Origin: Erythrobacter sp.
GTDB taxonomy: Bacteria; Pseudomonadota; Alphaproteobacteria; Sphingomonadales; Sphingomonadaceae
DNA length: 56,971 bases
Assembly (NCBI GenBank): GCA_030065195.1
Contig: JASJDE010000004.1
Coordinates: 1 to 56,971 of the forward strand
Reading direction: 5' to 3'
The position numbers were made by a program, and so were the translations under genes. This document shows positions 10,942 to 23,651 of this stretch, piece after piece. Positions within the stretch are counted from its first letter, which is position 1; every line of letters starts with the position of its first letter. Below the pieces are notes generated by a model. The model was not told where the DNA came from, did not search any database, and saw only the letters and a list, made by a program, of their open reading frames with translations.

Positions 10942-11886
10942 GTGAGCGAACCGATCCTTTCCATTCGCGGCCTGTCAAAGGTCTATTCCGGCGGCGTGAA
11001 GGCGCTGGACGATGTCGATCTCGAAATCCGCAAGGGAGAAATCTTCGCACTCCTCGGCCCCAATGGCGCGGGCAAGACCACCTTGATCGGTGCCGTCTGC
11101 GGGTTGGTGCGGCCGACGGCCGGCACGATCGAGGCGTTCGGCCACGATCTCGCCCAGGATTGGCGGGCCGCGCGGGCGCGGATCGGTCTCGTCCCGCAAG
11201 AGCTCGCGACCGACATGTTCGAAACGGTTTACCGCGCGGTGTCCTATTCGCGCGGGCTGTTCGGGCATGCTCCGGACAAAGGCCGGATCGAAGAGGTGCT
11301 CCGCTCGCTCACGCTGTGGGACAAGCGCGACAGCCAGATTCGCGAACTATCCGGTGGGATGAAGCGTCGCGTCCTGATCGCCAAGGCGCTGGCGCATGAG
11401 CCCGACCTGCTGTTTCTCGACGAACCCACCGCGGGCGTTGATGTCGAATTGCGCAAGGATATGTGGGAACAGATCAGCGCATTGCGGGCCCGCGGTACGA
11501 CGATCATCCTGACGACCCACTACATCGAAGAAGCCGAGGAAATGGCCGATCGGGTTGGGATCATCCGCAAGGGCCGGATCCTGATGGTCGACGAGAAGAG
11601 CGCTATGATGGAGCGGCTTGGACGCACGGAAGCGCTGATCGCTCTGGCCGAGCCGATACCCGAACTGCCATCCAGCATCGCAGCGTTCCCGGTCGAGCTG
11701 CGCAAGGAGGGGATGGAGATCTGCTATCGCGGCGGTGACGGCAGCGGGAAGGGGCGCGAAGAGGTTGCCGCGCTGACGAAGGCACTCGTCCAGGCCGGTA
11801 TCGACTACCGCGGGATCGACGTCCACGACAGCTCGCTGGAGGATATCTTCGTGAATCTGGTCTCCGAGCGGGAGGCGGCCGAATGA
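10942..11886 (+). CDS. ABC-2 type transporter ATP-binding protein (YadG-like)
   Basis: GPNGAGKTT, LSGGMKRR and LDEPT motifs; GTG start chosen. Confidence 0.92.
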   Translation: MSEPILSIRGLSKVYSGGVKALDDVDLEIRKGEIFALLGPNGAGKTTLIGAVCGLVRPTAGTIEAFGHDLAQDWRAARARIGLVPQELATDMFETVYRAVSYSRGLFGHAPDKGRIEEVLRSLTLWDKRDSQIRELSGGMKRRVLIAKALAHEPDLLFLDEPTAGVDVELRKDMWEQISALRARGTTIILTTHYIEEAEEMADRVGIIRKGRILMVDEKSAMMERLGRTEALIALAEPIPELPSSIAAFPVELRKEGMEICYRGGDGSGKGREEVAALTKALVQAGIDYRGIDVHDSSLEDIFVNLVSEREAAE

Positions 11887-12650
11887 GCTTCAATCTCCGA
11901 GGCGCCTGGGCGATCTATCAGCGCGAATTGATGCGGGCATTTCGCACCGCGTTCCAATCGCTGCTGGCACCCGTGATCACGACATCGCTCTATTTCATCG
12001 TGTTCGGCTCGGCGATCGGTGGGCGCATGCCGGCCATCGACGGGGTGGAATACGGTGCCTTCATCATCCCCGGCCTGTTGATGCTCACGCTGCTGGGCGA
12101 AACCACCAACAATTCGAGCTTCGGCATCTATATGCCGCGCTTCACCGGCACGATCTACGAGTTGCTGTCGGCGCCGGTGGGCGTTTCCGAGACTTTGATC
12201 GGCTTTGTCGGTGCGGCGGCGACCAAAAGCCTGATCCTTGCCGGGATAATCCTGGGCACCGCCACCTTCTTCGTCGACTTCGAGATCAAGTATCCGCTGC
12301 TCGCCGCGGGTTACATCATGCTCGTCGCGGCGAGTTTTTCGCTTTTCGGGTTCATCCTTGGCATATGGGCCGACAGTTTCGAGAAGCTCGGTATCATTCC
12401 ACTGCTGATCCTGACGCCGCTGACCTTCCTCGGCGGTACATTCTATTCGCTCGATATGCTTCCCGAACCATGGGATGCGATTGCGCTTGCGAACCCGATA
12501 GCTTTCCTCGTCAGCGGCTTGCGCTGGACGTTTTATGGCGTTTCCGACGTCTCTATCGGCCTGTCCCTTGGCTTGACGCTTGGGTTCCTCGCAGTGTGCA
12601 CCATTACGATCGCCTATATCTTCAAGACCGGCTGGCGCCTGCGCGAATGA
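11883..12650 (+). CDS. ABC-2 type transporter permease (YadH-like)
   Basis: About six TM segments; LTPLTFLGGTFYS; ATGA overlap with the ATPase gene. Confidence 0.9.
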   Translation: MSFNLRGAWAIYQRELMRAFRTAFQSLLAPVITTSLYFIVFGSAIGGRMPAIDGVEYGAFIIPGLLMLTLLGETTNNSSFGIYMPRFTGTIYELLSAPVGVSETLIGFVGAAATKSLILAGIILGTATFFVDFEIKYPLLAAGYIMLVAASFSLFGFILGIWADSFEKLGIIPLLILTPLTFLGGTFYSLDMLPEPWDAIALANPIAFLVSGLRWTFYGVSDVSIGLSLGLTLGFLAVCTITIAYIFKTGWRLRE

Positions 12651-12798
12651 ACGCAGGGATAGTGCTGAAATACAACACTTTTCCCGTCTGTCGAGTGGAG
12701 TGAACATTCGGTCGATTCGTTCACTTGTGTGAAAGATTCTTGCACCTACGTCCCGTGCGTTGCTCGCCCCCTGGGCAACCGTTCAAGGGAAAGAACTC

Positions 12799-13359
12799 AT
12801 GAAAAAGTACGTATTTGCATCGGCGACCGCAGTAGCGGCCCTGGCCATCCCCAGCGCTGCGTTTGCGCAGGATGAGGGCCAAGCCGAAGTGACCGTCGGT
12901 GCCAGCGCCGGCTATCACGATCTCGGTGTCGAAGGCCTGGAAGATATTGCCGGACCCGATGCCAGCGATAGCGGTGCAATCTTCGGCGGTTTCGTCGCTG
13001 TCGACGTTCCGATTTCGTCGAACTTCTTCATCGGCGCGGAAGGCAATGCCCACTTCGGTACCGATGCCATTGACGCCGACTACGGTGTGTCGGGTCGCCT
13101 CGGCTTTCGTGCCGACAACGGCACCAAGGTCTATCTGCGCGGTGGATACCAGTGGGTCGATGTCGACGCTGCAGCGCTTGCCGGCGTCGATGGCGACACA
13201 TTCGACGAAGACGATCTCGGTATCGACACGACGGTTGGTGACTATCTCGTCGGTGCCGGCGTGGATGTGCCGGTCGGCCAGATTTCGATCCGCGGCAACA
13301 TCGACACGATCGCGTTCGATTCCGTGCGATTGACTGCCGGTGTCGGTTTCCGCTTCTAA
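12799..13359 (+). CDS. Outer-membrane beta-barrel protein
   Basis: Signal peptide ending AFA; alternating beta strands; C-terminal AGVGFRF barrel signal. Confidence 0.85.
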   Translation: MKKYVFASATAVAALAIPSAAFAQDEGQAEVTVGASAGYHDLGVEGLEDIAGPDASDSGAIFGGFVAVDVPISSNFFIGAEGNAHFGTDAIDADYGVSGRLGFRADNGTKVYLRGGYQWVDVDAAALAGVDGDTFDEDDLGIDTTVGDYLVGAGVDVPVGQISIRGNIDTIAFDSVRLTAGVGFRF

Positions 13360-15735
<2,376 letters not shown>

Positions 15736-15738
15736 TTG

Positions 15739-16041
15739 ATGCCCAAAGCTCCCGAAGACTGCCTGGACATGACAGATGTACGCGAAGGGGTAGATGCCAC
15801 CGATCGCGAGCTTGTCGCATTGCTGGAACGGCGGTTCGGCTACATGCGCGCGGCAGCCCGGATCAAGCCGACCCGCGATACGGTTCGCGATGAGGGCCGC
15901 AAGGCCAGCGTGATTGCGGCCGCCGTCGCCGAGGCGGAAGCGCGAGGGCTTCCCGGCGATCTGGTTGCCGATCTTTGGGAACGACTGGTCGAAGGCTCCA
16001 TCGCCTACGAATTCGTCGAGTGGGACCGGATCAGGGGCTGA
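15739..16041 (+). CDS. Chorismate mutase type II / PchB-like protein
   Basis: VREGVDATDRELVALLERRF, ARIK and VRDEGR motifs. Confidence 0.85.
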   Translation: MPKAPEDCLDMTDVREGVDATDRELVALLERRFGYMRAAARIKPTRDTVRDEGRKASVIAAAVAEAEARGLPGDLVADLWERLVEGSIAYEFVEWDRIRG

Positions 16042-16063
16042 TCCTAAACCTCTACGACAAAAG

Positions 16064-16094
16064 AAAAGGGCGGCCAGTTGGGACCGCCCTTTTT
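16064..16094. terminator. Bidirectional rho-independent terminator
   Basis: AAAAGGGCGG-ccagttggga-CCGCCCTTTT between convergent genes. Confidence 0.85.
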
Positions 16095-16114
16095 CGTTTC
16101 ACCGTGCGAACGAA

Positions 16115-16729
16115 TCAGCGCGAATAGAATTCGACGACGAGGTTCGGTTCCATCGTGACCGGATAGGGCACTTCGTCGAGCTTCGGCACGCGGGTAAACT
16201 GCACTTTGTCGTTGCCGTCGGGCGCGACATAGTCGGGGATATCACGCTCGGGCAGGCTCTGCGCTTCGATAACCAACGCCATTTCCTTGGCCTTGTTGCC
16301 GAGGCTGATGACGTCGCCGACATCGCAACGGCGGCTCGCAATGTTGCACTTTACGCCGTTCACATAGATGTGGCCGTGGCTGACGATCTGGCGTGCGGCG
16401 AAGATCGTCGGTGCGAACTTGGCGCGGTACACGATCATGTCGAGACGGCGCTCGAGCAGGCCGATAAGGTTCTGGCCGGTGTCACCCTTCATCCGGGTGG
16501 CGTCCTTGTAAGTGCGGCGGAACTGCTTCTCGGTAACGTCGCCGTAGTAACCCTTGAGCTTCTGCTTGGCGCGCAGCTGCAGGCCGAAGTCGCTCATCTT
16601 GCTCTTGCGGCGCTGGCCGTGCTGGCCGGGGCCGTAGGAACGCTTGTTGACCGGAGAGTTCGGGCGACCCCAGATGTTCTCACCCATCCGGCGGTCGAGT
16701 TTGTACTTGGCGCTCTTGCGCTTCGACAT
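16115..16729 (-). CDS. rpsD: 30S ribosomal protein S4
   Basis: [23 protein letters not shown] and VVEFYSR motifs. Confidence 0.98.
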   Translation of the reverse strand: MSKRKSAKYKLDRRMGENIWGRPNSPVNKRSYGPGQHGQRRKSKMSDFGLQLRAKQKLKGYYGDVTEKQFRRTYKDATRMKGDTGQNLIGLLERRLDMIVYRAKFAPTIFAARQIVSHGHIYVNGVKCNIASRRCDVGDVISLGNKAKEMALVIEAQSLPERDIPDYVAPDGNDKVQFTRVPKLDEVPYPVTMEPNLVVEFYSR

Positions 16730-16884
16730 AGGTCGTATCCTTCAAATTGCTGGACCAGCCCATTGCTGGCCATTCAACCCGGCATCGCTCCGCATAGCCT
16801 GTTGCCATGCGCGGCTGCCGCTTCACCGGGATGCGGAGCCAATTTGCGAAGCGCGCCCTCTAACAGGATTGAGCGCGCCGTCAA
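16730..16884 (-). promoter_or_regulatory. rpsD sigma70 promoter and structured 5' leader
   Basis: TTGACG (-35, 16884-16879), TAGAGG-like -10 and GC-rich discriminator; several complementary segments in the leader. Confidence 0.6.
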
Positions 16885-16906
16885 GTTTCAGATGTAACCG
16901 TCGCTG

Positions 16907-17143
16907 TCAGTTGCTGCGCCGACGCTGTTCAGCGTTGAAGTTCTTCCACTCTTCGCGCGTAAGGCAAACCTTGACCTTGCGGCGACTGCCCATTCCTTCG
17001 GTCACGCGTCTGCAGATCTTCTTCTCTTCCTTTGCCTTTTCGACCTTTTCCGTCTCGGCCTGTTCCGGATCGCTTGCAAAGGCAGGTGCGGAAAGGAGCA
17101 GCGCGGCAGCGGGCGCCGCAACAGCAGCAAGGGCAGATTTCAT
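16907..17143 (-). CDS. Small secreted protein with Cys pair
   Basis: Signal peptide ending AFA; ICRR..GSRR..VCLTREEW pattern. Confidence 0.75.
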   Translation of the reverse strand: MKSALAAVAAPAAALLLSAPAFASDPEQAETEKVEKAKEEKKICRRVTEGMGSRRKVKVCLTREEWKNFNAEQRRRSN

Positions 17144-17245
17144 CGATAATCTCACAAAGTTTGAAGAGGTTGGGGGGAGCCAGACACGTAGCCGGGCGAT
17201 TGAGCCCTGTCTATGGCCGACTGCGATCGACACGGTTCATTTCGT

Positions 17246-17971
17246 TCAAATTTTGGGCGGACGCTCGAGCGTGCTCAAAATTCCGCGCAAAGTCCGGACT
17301 TCGAGATGGTTCCAGCCCGGCTTGGTCAGGACGCTGCGCAAAGTCCTTCGGGTCGCTTCGGCTCGCGTTTCGGGCAGGAAATAGCCGCGCGGTTCCAGCA
17401 AGTTCTCGAAATGCGAGACCAATCCGTCGAGCTCGTTTTGCGGAGCCGGTGGCAGGATTTCGTCTTCGGCTGTGGGTTGGACCAAGGTGGCCTGTTTGGA
17501 CCATTCGTAGGTGCACAGGATTACGGCCTGCGCGAGGTTAAGCGAGCCGAACTCCGGATTGATCGGCACGGTCAGGATGTGCCGGGCGAGCGCGACATCG
17601 TCGGTCTCCAGGCCTGAGGCTTCGCGGCCGAACAGGATCGCGTGCCGCCCGGGTTCGCCGTGCATCAGACGCCCGGCTTCATCGGGACCTACGACTGGCT
17701 TGGTCACGCCGCGTTTTCGCACGGTTGTCGCGTAGATATGTTCGCAATCGGCGACCGCCTCGGCCGTGCTTTGGTAGATCTGCGCCTTGTCGAGAACGAT
17801 GTCGGCGCCGGCCGCCGCCGGTCCAGCGGAGGGATTGGGCCAACCATCGCGAGGATTGACGATCCGCATCTCGGTCAATCCGAAATTGAGCATTGCCCGC
17901 GCAGCCTTGCCGATATTCTCGCCCAATTGCGGACGGACGAGCACGATGATGGGCTTGGCCGGAGACGTCAT
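17246..17971 (-). CDS. trmJ: TrmJ/LasT family SPOUT RNA methyltransferase
   Basis: ENIGKAARAMLNFG, LFGREASGL and SLNLAQAV motifs. Confidence 0.88.
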   Translation of the reverse strand: MTSPAKPIIVLVRPQLGENIGKAARAMLNFGLTEMRIVNPRDGWPNPSAGPAAAGADIVLDKAQIYQSTAEAVADCEHIYATTVRKRGVTKPVVGPDEAGRLMHGEPGRHAILFGREASGLETDDVALARHILTVPINPEFGSLNLAQAVILCTYEWSKQATLVQPTAEDEILPPAPQNELDGLVSHFENLLEPRGYFLPETRAEATRRTLRSVLTKPGWNHLEVRTLRGILSTLERPPKI

Positions 17972-17978
17972 CACCGTG

Positions 17979-18440
17979 TCAGTCTTTCGCCGCTTCCTGA
18001 ACGGTGCTGGCAAATTCTTCGAAGTCCTTGGCTTCCGAAAAGTCGCGATAGACGCTGGCGAAACGGATATACGCGACGCTGTCGATTTGCTTCAGCCCTT
18101 CCATCACCAGCTCGCCGATGTGGGTGGACTGGACTTCGCCTTCTCCCGATGTTTCGACTTGGCGCTGGATGCCGGAAACAAGGCGATCGATCTGATCCTG
18201 AGTGACGCCGCGCTTGCGACAGGCGAGCGCCACGGAGTTTTCCAGCTTTGACCGATCGAAGGCTTCGCGCCGATTGCCCGATTTGAGGATCACCACTTCG
18301 CGCAGTTGAACCCGCTCGAACGTGGTGAAGCGGGCACCGCACGAGCTGCATTGTCGACGGCGACGGATCGAGGTGGAATCTTCGGTCGGTCGGCTATCCT
18401 TAACCTGGCTGTCGTCGTTCGCGCAAAATGGGCAACGCAT
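17979..18440 (-). CDS. nrdR: Transcriptional repressor NrdR
   Basis: MRCPFC, DSR, RRRRQC, RFTTFE and [10 protein letters not shown] motifs. Confidence 0.97.
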   Translation of the reverse strand: MRCPFCANDDSQVKDSRPTEDSTSIRRRRQCSSCGARFTTFERVQLREVVILKSGNRREAFDRSKLENSVALACRKRGVTQDQIDRLVSGIQRQVETSGEGEVQSTHIGELVMEGLKQIDSVAYIRFASVYRDFSEAKDFEEFASTVQEAAKD

Positions 18441-18448
18441 TCAGATAC

Positions 18449-18685
18449 TTACTTCTTGATTCTCATGTAGAGAGCAATGGCCGCGCCGACCAAGAGGCCC
18501 AGAAACCAGGCGCCGTTGAAGGCAACGACGCCGACCACCACGCCAATCGCCGCTCCGATCAGGACGGGCTTGGTTGACGGATGGCTGGCCCCGTCCTTTG
18601 CCATTTCCGAAATCTCGGACTTTGCATCTTCGAGCAAGTCCTGTTCGTCTTCCGGCTTGTCGTCTTGGGGCTTGATGTCGTTCAT
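18449..18685 (-). CDS. Small membrane protein
   Basis: Acidic N-terminus and two C-terminal hydrophobic segments; fills the glyA-nrdR gap. Confidence 0.7.
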   Translation of the reverse strand: MNDIKPQDDKPEDEQDLLEDAKSEISEMAKDGASHPSTKPVLIGAAIGVVVGVVAFNGAWFLGLLVGAAIALYMRIKK

Positions 18686-18706
18686 GGCTGTTGCGTTCCG
18701 GTGCGA

Positions 18707-20017
18707 TCACATCCGCGGATAGACCGGGAAATCCGCGCACAGATCCGCAACGCGCGACCGCACGTTTTCTTCCACTTGCGCGTCGCCTTCGGGGCCGTTC
18801 TTCGACAGGCCGTCAACCACCTCGGCAATCAGCTTGCCGACTGCGCGGAATTCGACAGGGCCAAAGCCGCGCGTGGTGCCCGCTGGGGTGCCGAGCCGGA
18901 TTCCGCTGGTAACGAACGGAGAGCGGGTGTCGAACGGAATGCCGTTCTTGTTGCAGGTGAGCCACGCGCGGTCGAGACCAGCCTCAGCCGCCTTTCCAGT
19001 GACGTCCTTGGCGGTTAGGTCGACCAGCATCGAGTGATTGTCAGTCCCGCCCGAAACGATGCGCAAGCCATTCTCTTCGAGGCTTGAAGCGAGCGCGCGC
19101 GCGTTCTCGACAATCCGGTGCGCGTAGGTCTTGAAGTCAGGTGCGAGCGCTTCGCGGAATGCCACCGCTTTGGCGGCGATGACATGCATCAGTGGTCCGC
19201 CCTGAAGGCCAGGGAAAACCGCCATATTCAGCGGCTTGGTCAGTTCCTCGTCGTTCCACAGGATGATGCCCGAACGCGGACCGCGCAGGCTCTTGTGAGT
19301 GGTCGAGGTGACGATATCGCAATGCGGGAAGGGCGAGGGGTGCGCACCGCCCGCGACGAGGCCAGAGATATGGCTCATGTCGCACAACAGTGTCGCGCCG
19401 ACTTCATCGGCAATCGCCCGGAACGCCTCGAAGTCCCAGATCCGCGAATAGGCCGTTCCGCCGCAGATGATCAGCTTGGGTTTGTGTTCCCGCGCGGTGG
19501 CTGCCACGGCTTCCATATCGATCAGCTCGTCGCTTTCACGCACGCCGTAGCTGACTGGATTGAACCACTTGCCGGAGATGTTGACGGGTGAGCCGTGCGT
19601 CAGGTGACCTCCGGAATTGAGGTCCAGACCCATGAATGTGTCGCCTGGTTGAAGCAGCGCGAGGAATACCGCCTGGTTCATCTGCGAGCCGGAATTGGGC
19701 TGCACATTGGCAAAATTGCACTCGAACAGCTGTTTGGCGCGCTCGATCGCCAGTGTCTCGACCACGTCGGCATAGTCGCAGCCGCCATAATAGCGTTTAC
19801 CCGGATAGCCTTCGGCGTATTTGTTGGTGAAGACGCTCCCGGTTGCCTCCAGAACCGCTTTCGACGCAATATTCTCGCTGGCGATCAGCTCGATCTTGTC
19901 GCGCTGGCGGGCCAGTTCGTTCGATACGGCCTCTGCAATCTCCGGATCGGCGGCAGCCAGATCATCGTTCCAGAAACCGTCCATGGGGTTCACGACGTCG
20001 GATGGTTGGGTGCTCAT
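18707..20017 (-). CDS. glyA: Serine hydroxymethyltransferase
   Basis: [21 protein letters not shown] and [10 protein letters not shown] motifs. Confidence 0.98.
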   Translation of the reverse strand: MSTQPSDVVNPMDGFWNDDLAAADPEIAEAVSNELARQRDKIELIASENIASKAVLEATGSVFTNKYAEGYPGKRYYGGCDYADVVETLAIERAKQLFECNFANVQPNSGSQMNQAVFLALLQPGDTFMGLDLNSGGHLTHGSPVNISGKWFNPVSYGVRESDELIDMEAVAATAREHKPKLIICGGTAYSRIWDFEAFRAIADEVGATLLCDMSHISGLVAGGAHPSPFPHCDIVTSTTHKSLRGPRSGIILWNDEELTKPLNMAVFPGLQGGPLMHVIAAKAVAFREALAPDFKTYAHRIVENARALASSLEENGLRIVSGGTDNHSMLVDLTAKDVTGKAAEAGLDRAWLTCNKNGIPFDTRSPFVTSGIRLGTPAGTTRGFGPVEFRAVGKLIAEVVDGLSKNGPEGDAQVEENVRSRVADLCADFPVYPRM

Positions 20018-20493
20018 TGATGGGTCTCGATATGATCGGGCAGAACGGGCGGATTGCCGAGCTTGGCGACGCGGCGATGATGGCGACCATTGGGGTCACC
20101 GGCGTCGGCGAATTCGGTGTCCAGGAAAGTAGCTACGCAAGACTTCGCCATTTCGATGCCGGTAAGCCGCGCACCGATGGCGATGCAGTTGGCGTTGTTG
20201 TGCTCGCGCGAGAGTGCGGCCGAAAGCGGTTCAGAAACCAGCGCGCAGCGCACGGCAGGATGGCGGTTGACGCTGATCGAAATACCGATCCCCGAACCGC
20301 AAAGCGCAACGCCGCATTCGGCGGTGCCGTCGGCAATGACTTCGGCCAACATGTAGCCGTAGTCGGGATAGTCGACGCTTTCGCCTTTGTCGGGGCCGAG
20401 GTCGGCGACTTCGTGGCCTTCATCGATCAACCACTCCGCCAAGTCGGCTTTGAGGTCGGTCGCTGCGTGATCGGATGCTATGGCAATTCGCAT
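20014..20493 (-). CDS. rpiB: Ribose-5-phosphate isomerase B
   Basis: IASDHA, VDYPD, CGSGIG and REHNNAN motifs. Confidence 0.95.
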   Translation of the reverse strand: MRIAIASDHAATDLKADLAEWLIDEGHEVADLGPDKGESVDYPDYGYMLAEVIADGTAECGVALCGSGIGISISVNRHPAVRCALVSEPLSAALSREHNNANCIAIGARLTGIEMAKSCVATFLDTEFADAGDPNGRHHRRVAKLGNPPVLPDHIETHQ

Positions 20494-20567
20494 GGGGCCT
20501 ACATAGGGTTGAGGTGCGGAAAACTCCACCGGGCAATACGGCTTTTCGTCACCGGAGATGCCGCCGT

Positions 20568-21332
20568 TCAGGCTTCGAGCAGCTTTCGTTTCGCTTCGCT
20601 GAGGAACAGCGAATTGGGTTGCGAGAGATCGCCGGGGATCAGTCTGCCGCCGACAAGGCCAAAATGCTCCAGCCCGCCATCGGCAAGCAAGGCGATCAGG
20701 CCCGGTGTCGGGTCTTCGATGATGAGCGCGGGTTGGCCCCGCCGTATCGTTTCCATGCCGCCTCTGATGACGGCCTCTTCGTGCCCTTGAACGTCGATCT
20801 TGATGATGTCCGGAGTCAATCCGTAGCTGTCGAGCGTGCGCACTTCGATCTTGTGCTTGCAGATCTTGAGCAGATTGGGATCGAAACCCGCCATCCGCTC
20901 GGGATTCAGCCATTGCGCGGCGCTGTCGTAGTCGAGGCTCGCGAGGCCGTCATATTCGTAGCCGCGATAGGACGGCAGGTAGAGTTCGAATTCGCCGGGG
21001 GTGTCGCCGAGCGCAAAGGATTCGATCTGGACCGTGGGGTCGCCCGCAAATGTGGCTTGCAGCCGGGCGGCGAGTTGCGGATTCGGCTCGAAGCTGACCG
21101 TTCTTGCCGGCCGTGCATGGCGTTGCAGGGCGTAGATGCTCTGACCCCAATTTCCGCCGATGTCGATCGCGAGTTCGCACGGTGCAAGCGCGTCGAGCAG
21201 CTTGAATTCCGGTTCGACCCGCCAACCGAGATTGCGCGTCGCCCAGTTGTAGGCGGAAAACTTTGCCGTTCGGATGCCGGGAAAGTGGGTCTGCGCCGAG
21301 CGCAGTCGGCGCTTGATCTGGTGGCTTAGCAT
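20568..21332 (-). CDS. FkbM family methyltransferase
   Basis: IDIGGNWG, SFEPNP and IKIDVQGHE motifs; start uncertain. Confidence 0.85.
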   Translation of the reverse strand: MLSHQIKRRLRSAQTHFPGIRTAKFSAYNWATRNLGWRVEPEFKLLDALAPCELAIDIGGNWGQSIYALQRHARPARTVSFEPNPQLAARLQATFAGDPTVQIESFALGDTPGEFELYLPSYRGYEYDGLASLDYDSAAQWLNPERMAGFDPNLLKICKHKIEVRTLDSYGLTPDIIKIDVQGHEEAVIRGGMETIRRGQPALIIEDPTPGLIALLADGGLEHFGLVGGRLIPGDLSQPNSLFLSEAKRKLLEA

Positions 21333-21491
21333 GGGTTGGTCGTCGGCGTCGGGAGGGTGGAAAGGTTTGGCTGCGTGCACAGACGCATTAGCCGCAGCCG
21401 GCAACGGCTGCATAGGGGCGCGTGCGTTTCAGCCCTGCTTTTCCAGAACAATTCCTGCCTTGAAGCGGTCGAATTGGCCCCCAAGAGCCTT

Positions 21492-21947
21492 TCACGGCCC
21501 CTTCTGAAAGTCGCGCAGCACCAATTCCGCGACCGCATGATCGCGATCGATCTCAGCAACGAACCTTTCGATCAGGTCTTCGGTCGCTTCCCGGCCGAGC
21601 AACGCTTCGTGTGTGGTTGGTTCGCGCAAATCGGGCATGACCGAGATCGAGGCCCAGTCCCCCGTGCCCGTTCCGCCGTCGATGGTCCTCGCCAGTTGGC
21701 CCAGGAAACTGCCGAAATCGGCATGCTTGAGCGTGAAGGTGCCGACAGCATCGAGCGTGTCGTTCGCATAATGCACATCGGTGTGGGATTGGCTGAAAAG
21801 CGAGATGTCCGGCGCACAGGTATAGACCGAAAAGAGAACGCTGCGAACGGGTTCGTTCTGGGCCCAGATGTAAGTGAACTTGGCTTGCGCGAACAACATC
21901 ACCGAAGGGTCGGTGCCGGCAAGTTCGTCGAATGGAGAAGCAGGCAT
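21492..21947 (-). CDS. Hypothetical protein
   Basis: 151 aa ORF; start overlaps upstream stop (TGATG). Confidence 0.6.
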   Translation of the reverse strand: MPASPFDELAGTDPSVMLFAQAKFTYIWAQNEPVRSVLFSVYTCAPDISLFSQSHTDVHYANDTLDAVGTFTLKHADFGSFLGQLARTIDGGTGTGDWASISVMPDLREPTTHEALLGREATEDLIERFVAEIDRDHAVAELVLRDFQKGP

Positions 21948-22837
21948 CAGTTTGCTCCCGGCAAGTCAAAATTCTTCGTATCGATCCATCGTTTGACGGC
22001 TTTGTCGAAGGCCTTCGACGGTTTGGAGGTCGTCTCTCCCAGTTCGGCTCGGCCGTTCGATCCCGCCGCAACATCGGCCGCCGTCTTTCGATAGGTCCAT
22101 TTGATACATTCCATGAACTGACCGGCACGTTCCCCGGACTCGCAAAACGCGCAGGCTTCAAACTCTACGACGATCTCGTTCGCATTCCAGTCGTTACCCT
22201 GTCGACTGTCGGCTCCTCCCGGAGCGAAGAACGAGTCGTGATAGAAGGGAGTGTCCTGCATTGTGGCCGATCGTGACGTCCCATTGCAGGTGCCGACGAC
22301 CGAGGCTCCGGTCCCGGCTCCGTTGCCGCCATAGTAAGGCTCTCTTCTTCCCGTGAGCCTGTCGACATGGAGACCCGTTTCGTCCCTCTCGGTGGTCGGA
22401 TCATCGTCCAACGCCGTGTTGTCCCGCTCCTCCATGGCCGTCACGAGATCGCCCGGATCGGTCGCGTTCCCGTCTACAAAAACCTGTGCGGTCTGGATGA
22501 ATCGTATTCGCTCGCACGGGCAGGCATTCTCGGATTTCGACGGGTCGTAGGTTATGTCGATCCGGTTGGCGGTTCCCCCCCTGCCGGTCGTGGTTCCATC
22601 GAAGGGCGTGTCGCTCAGGTCCGGGGGATCGGTGCCTTCCGGTCCCACGACCACCCCACCCGGGCCTACTTCGATCGCCTCGGATTCTATCCGCGCAATC
22701 CGCGGCTCTTGCTGCCGAGCCGCAGCATTGGGCTTGCGCTTGGGCTCGGCAATCCGCTTGGGCTGGGGCCTCCGAGCGGATCTTGCTTTGCGCCTGGGCC
22801 CAGGCCTTGCCCCATTGCCATCCTCATTCTCCGGCAT
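21947..22837 (-). CDS. Hypothetical Cys-containing protein
   Basis: GGGGAG SD before MPENEDG; basic low-complexity N-terminus, globular C-terminal domain. Confidence 0.7.
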   Translation of the reverse strand: MPENEDGNGARPGPRRKARSARRPQPKRIAEPKRKPNAAARQQEPRIARIESEAIEVGPGGVVVGPEGTDPPDLSDTPFDGTTTGRGGTANRIDITYDPSKSENACPCERIRFIQTAQVFVDGNATDPGDLVTAMEERDNTALDDDPTTERDETGLHVDRLTGRREPYYGGNGAGTGASVVGTCNGTSRSATMQDTPFYHDSFFAPGGADSRQGNDWNANEIVVEFEACAFCESGERAGQFMECIKWTYRKTAADVAAGSNGRAELGETTSKPSKAFDKAVKRWIDTKNFDLPGAN

Positions 22838-22856
22838 CAGCTGGCTCCCCCGCTCG

Positions 22857-23540
22857 TCATGCCCCTTTCGGAGCGACAAGAATCGTGTAGCTCGCCTTGC
22901 AACGCGCCCGGGCCGTGGGGGCGGGATCGCAAACCAGTTCCACCACCTGCACCTGCTTGCGACGCAGGGTCAGCGATTGCCCCGGATTGAGCTTCTGCCC
23001 GCCCTTGATCGCTCCGGGTGCTCCACCAGGGCCCGCGCCCGGAGCGCGGCGAAGGTTGACTGTGAATGGGCAGTCGGTGCCATTGCGTCCGGTGTTCTTG
23101 ATCTTGACCGTGACAGTACGCTCTTCGCCATAGTCGAAGATATTGTGACCAGGTGCCGGAGTCGTTCCTCCGGATGCGCCACACGCACTTTCGGTGCTGT
23201 CGCGGAATGTAGCCTCCGGCGTAACGGCAACGGGGGTGGGCAGCTTGGCAACGCCGCCTGCAGCTTCTTCGGCGATCTTCTCGCGAAGCTCGACTTGGCG
23301 GAGCAGCAGTTCGACAAGCTTGGGAGATCGTGCAGGCTCGACGCCACGTTCGATCAGCCTCCTCAACGCCGCGATGCTGGCTTCGATTTCGGCCAAAGCC
23401 ACTGCCTTTATCGCGTATGTGGCGCGTTCGAACTGGCTCAAATCCTTGGTGATCTCTCCGAATTTTGGGAGTTTCACCGGTTTGGCTGGATTATCTTTCT
23501 GATCTTCTTTTGCTTTTCTACCCTTCTTCTGGTCTGGCAT
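22857..23540 (-). CDS. Hypothetical protein (basic N-terminus, helical middle, Cys-containing beta-rich C-terminus)
   Basis: GGGAGAG SD before MPDQKKG. Confidence 0.7.
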   Translation of the reverse strand: MPDQKKGRKAKEDQKDNPAKPVKLPKFGEITKDLSQFERATYAIKAVALAEIEASIAALRRLIERGVEPARSPKLVELLLRQVELREKIAEEAAGGVAKLPTPVAVTPEATFRDSTESACGASGGTTPAPGHNIFDYGEERTVTVKIKNTGRNGTDCPFTVNLRRAPGAGPGGAPGAIKGGQKLNPGQSLTLRRKQVQVVELVCDPAPTARARCKASYTILVAPKGA

Positions 23541-23651
23541 GGTTCTCTCCCGTCCCTGTCGACTCGAAACTTCGAACAGGAATGGAAGCATGACCCAGTT
23601 TTGACGGCGAACATTGTACCTTCTCGCCACGCTCGACCTAGTTGTCTGAAC

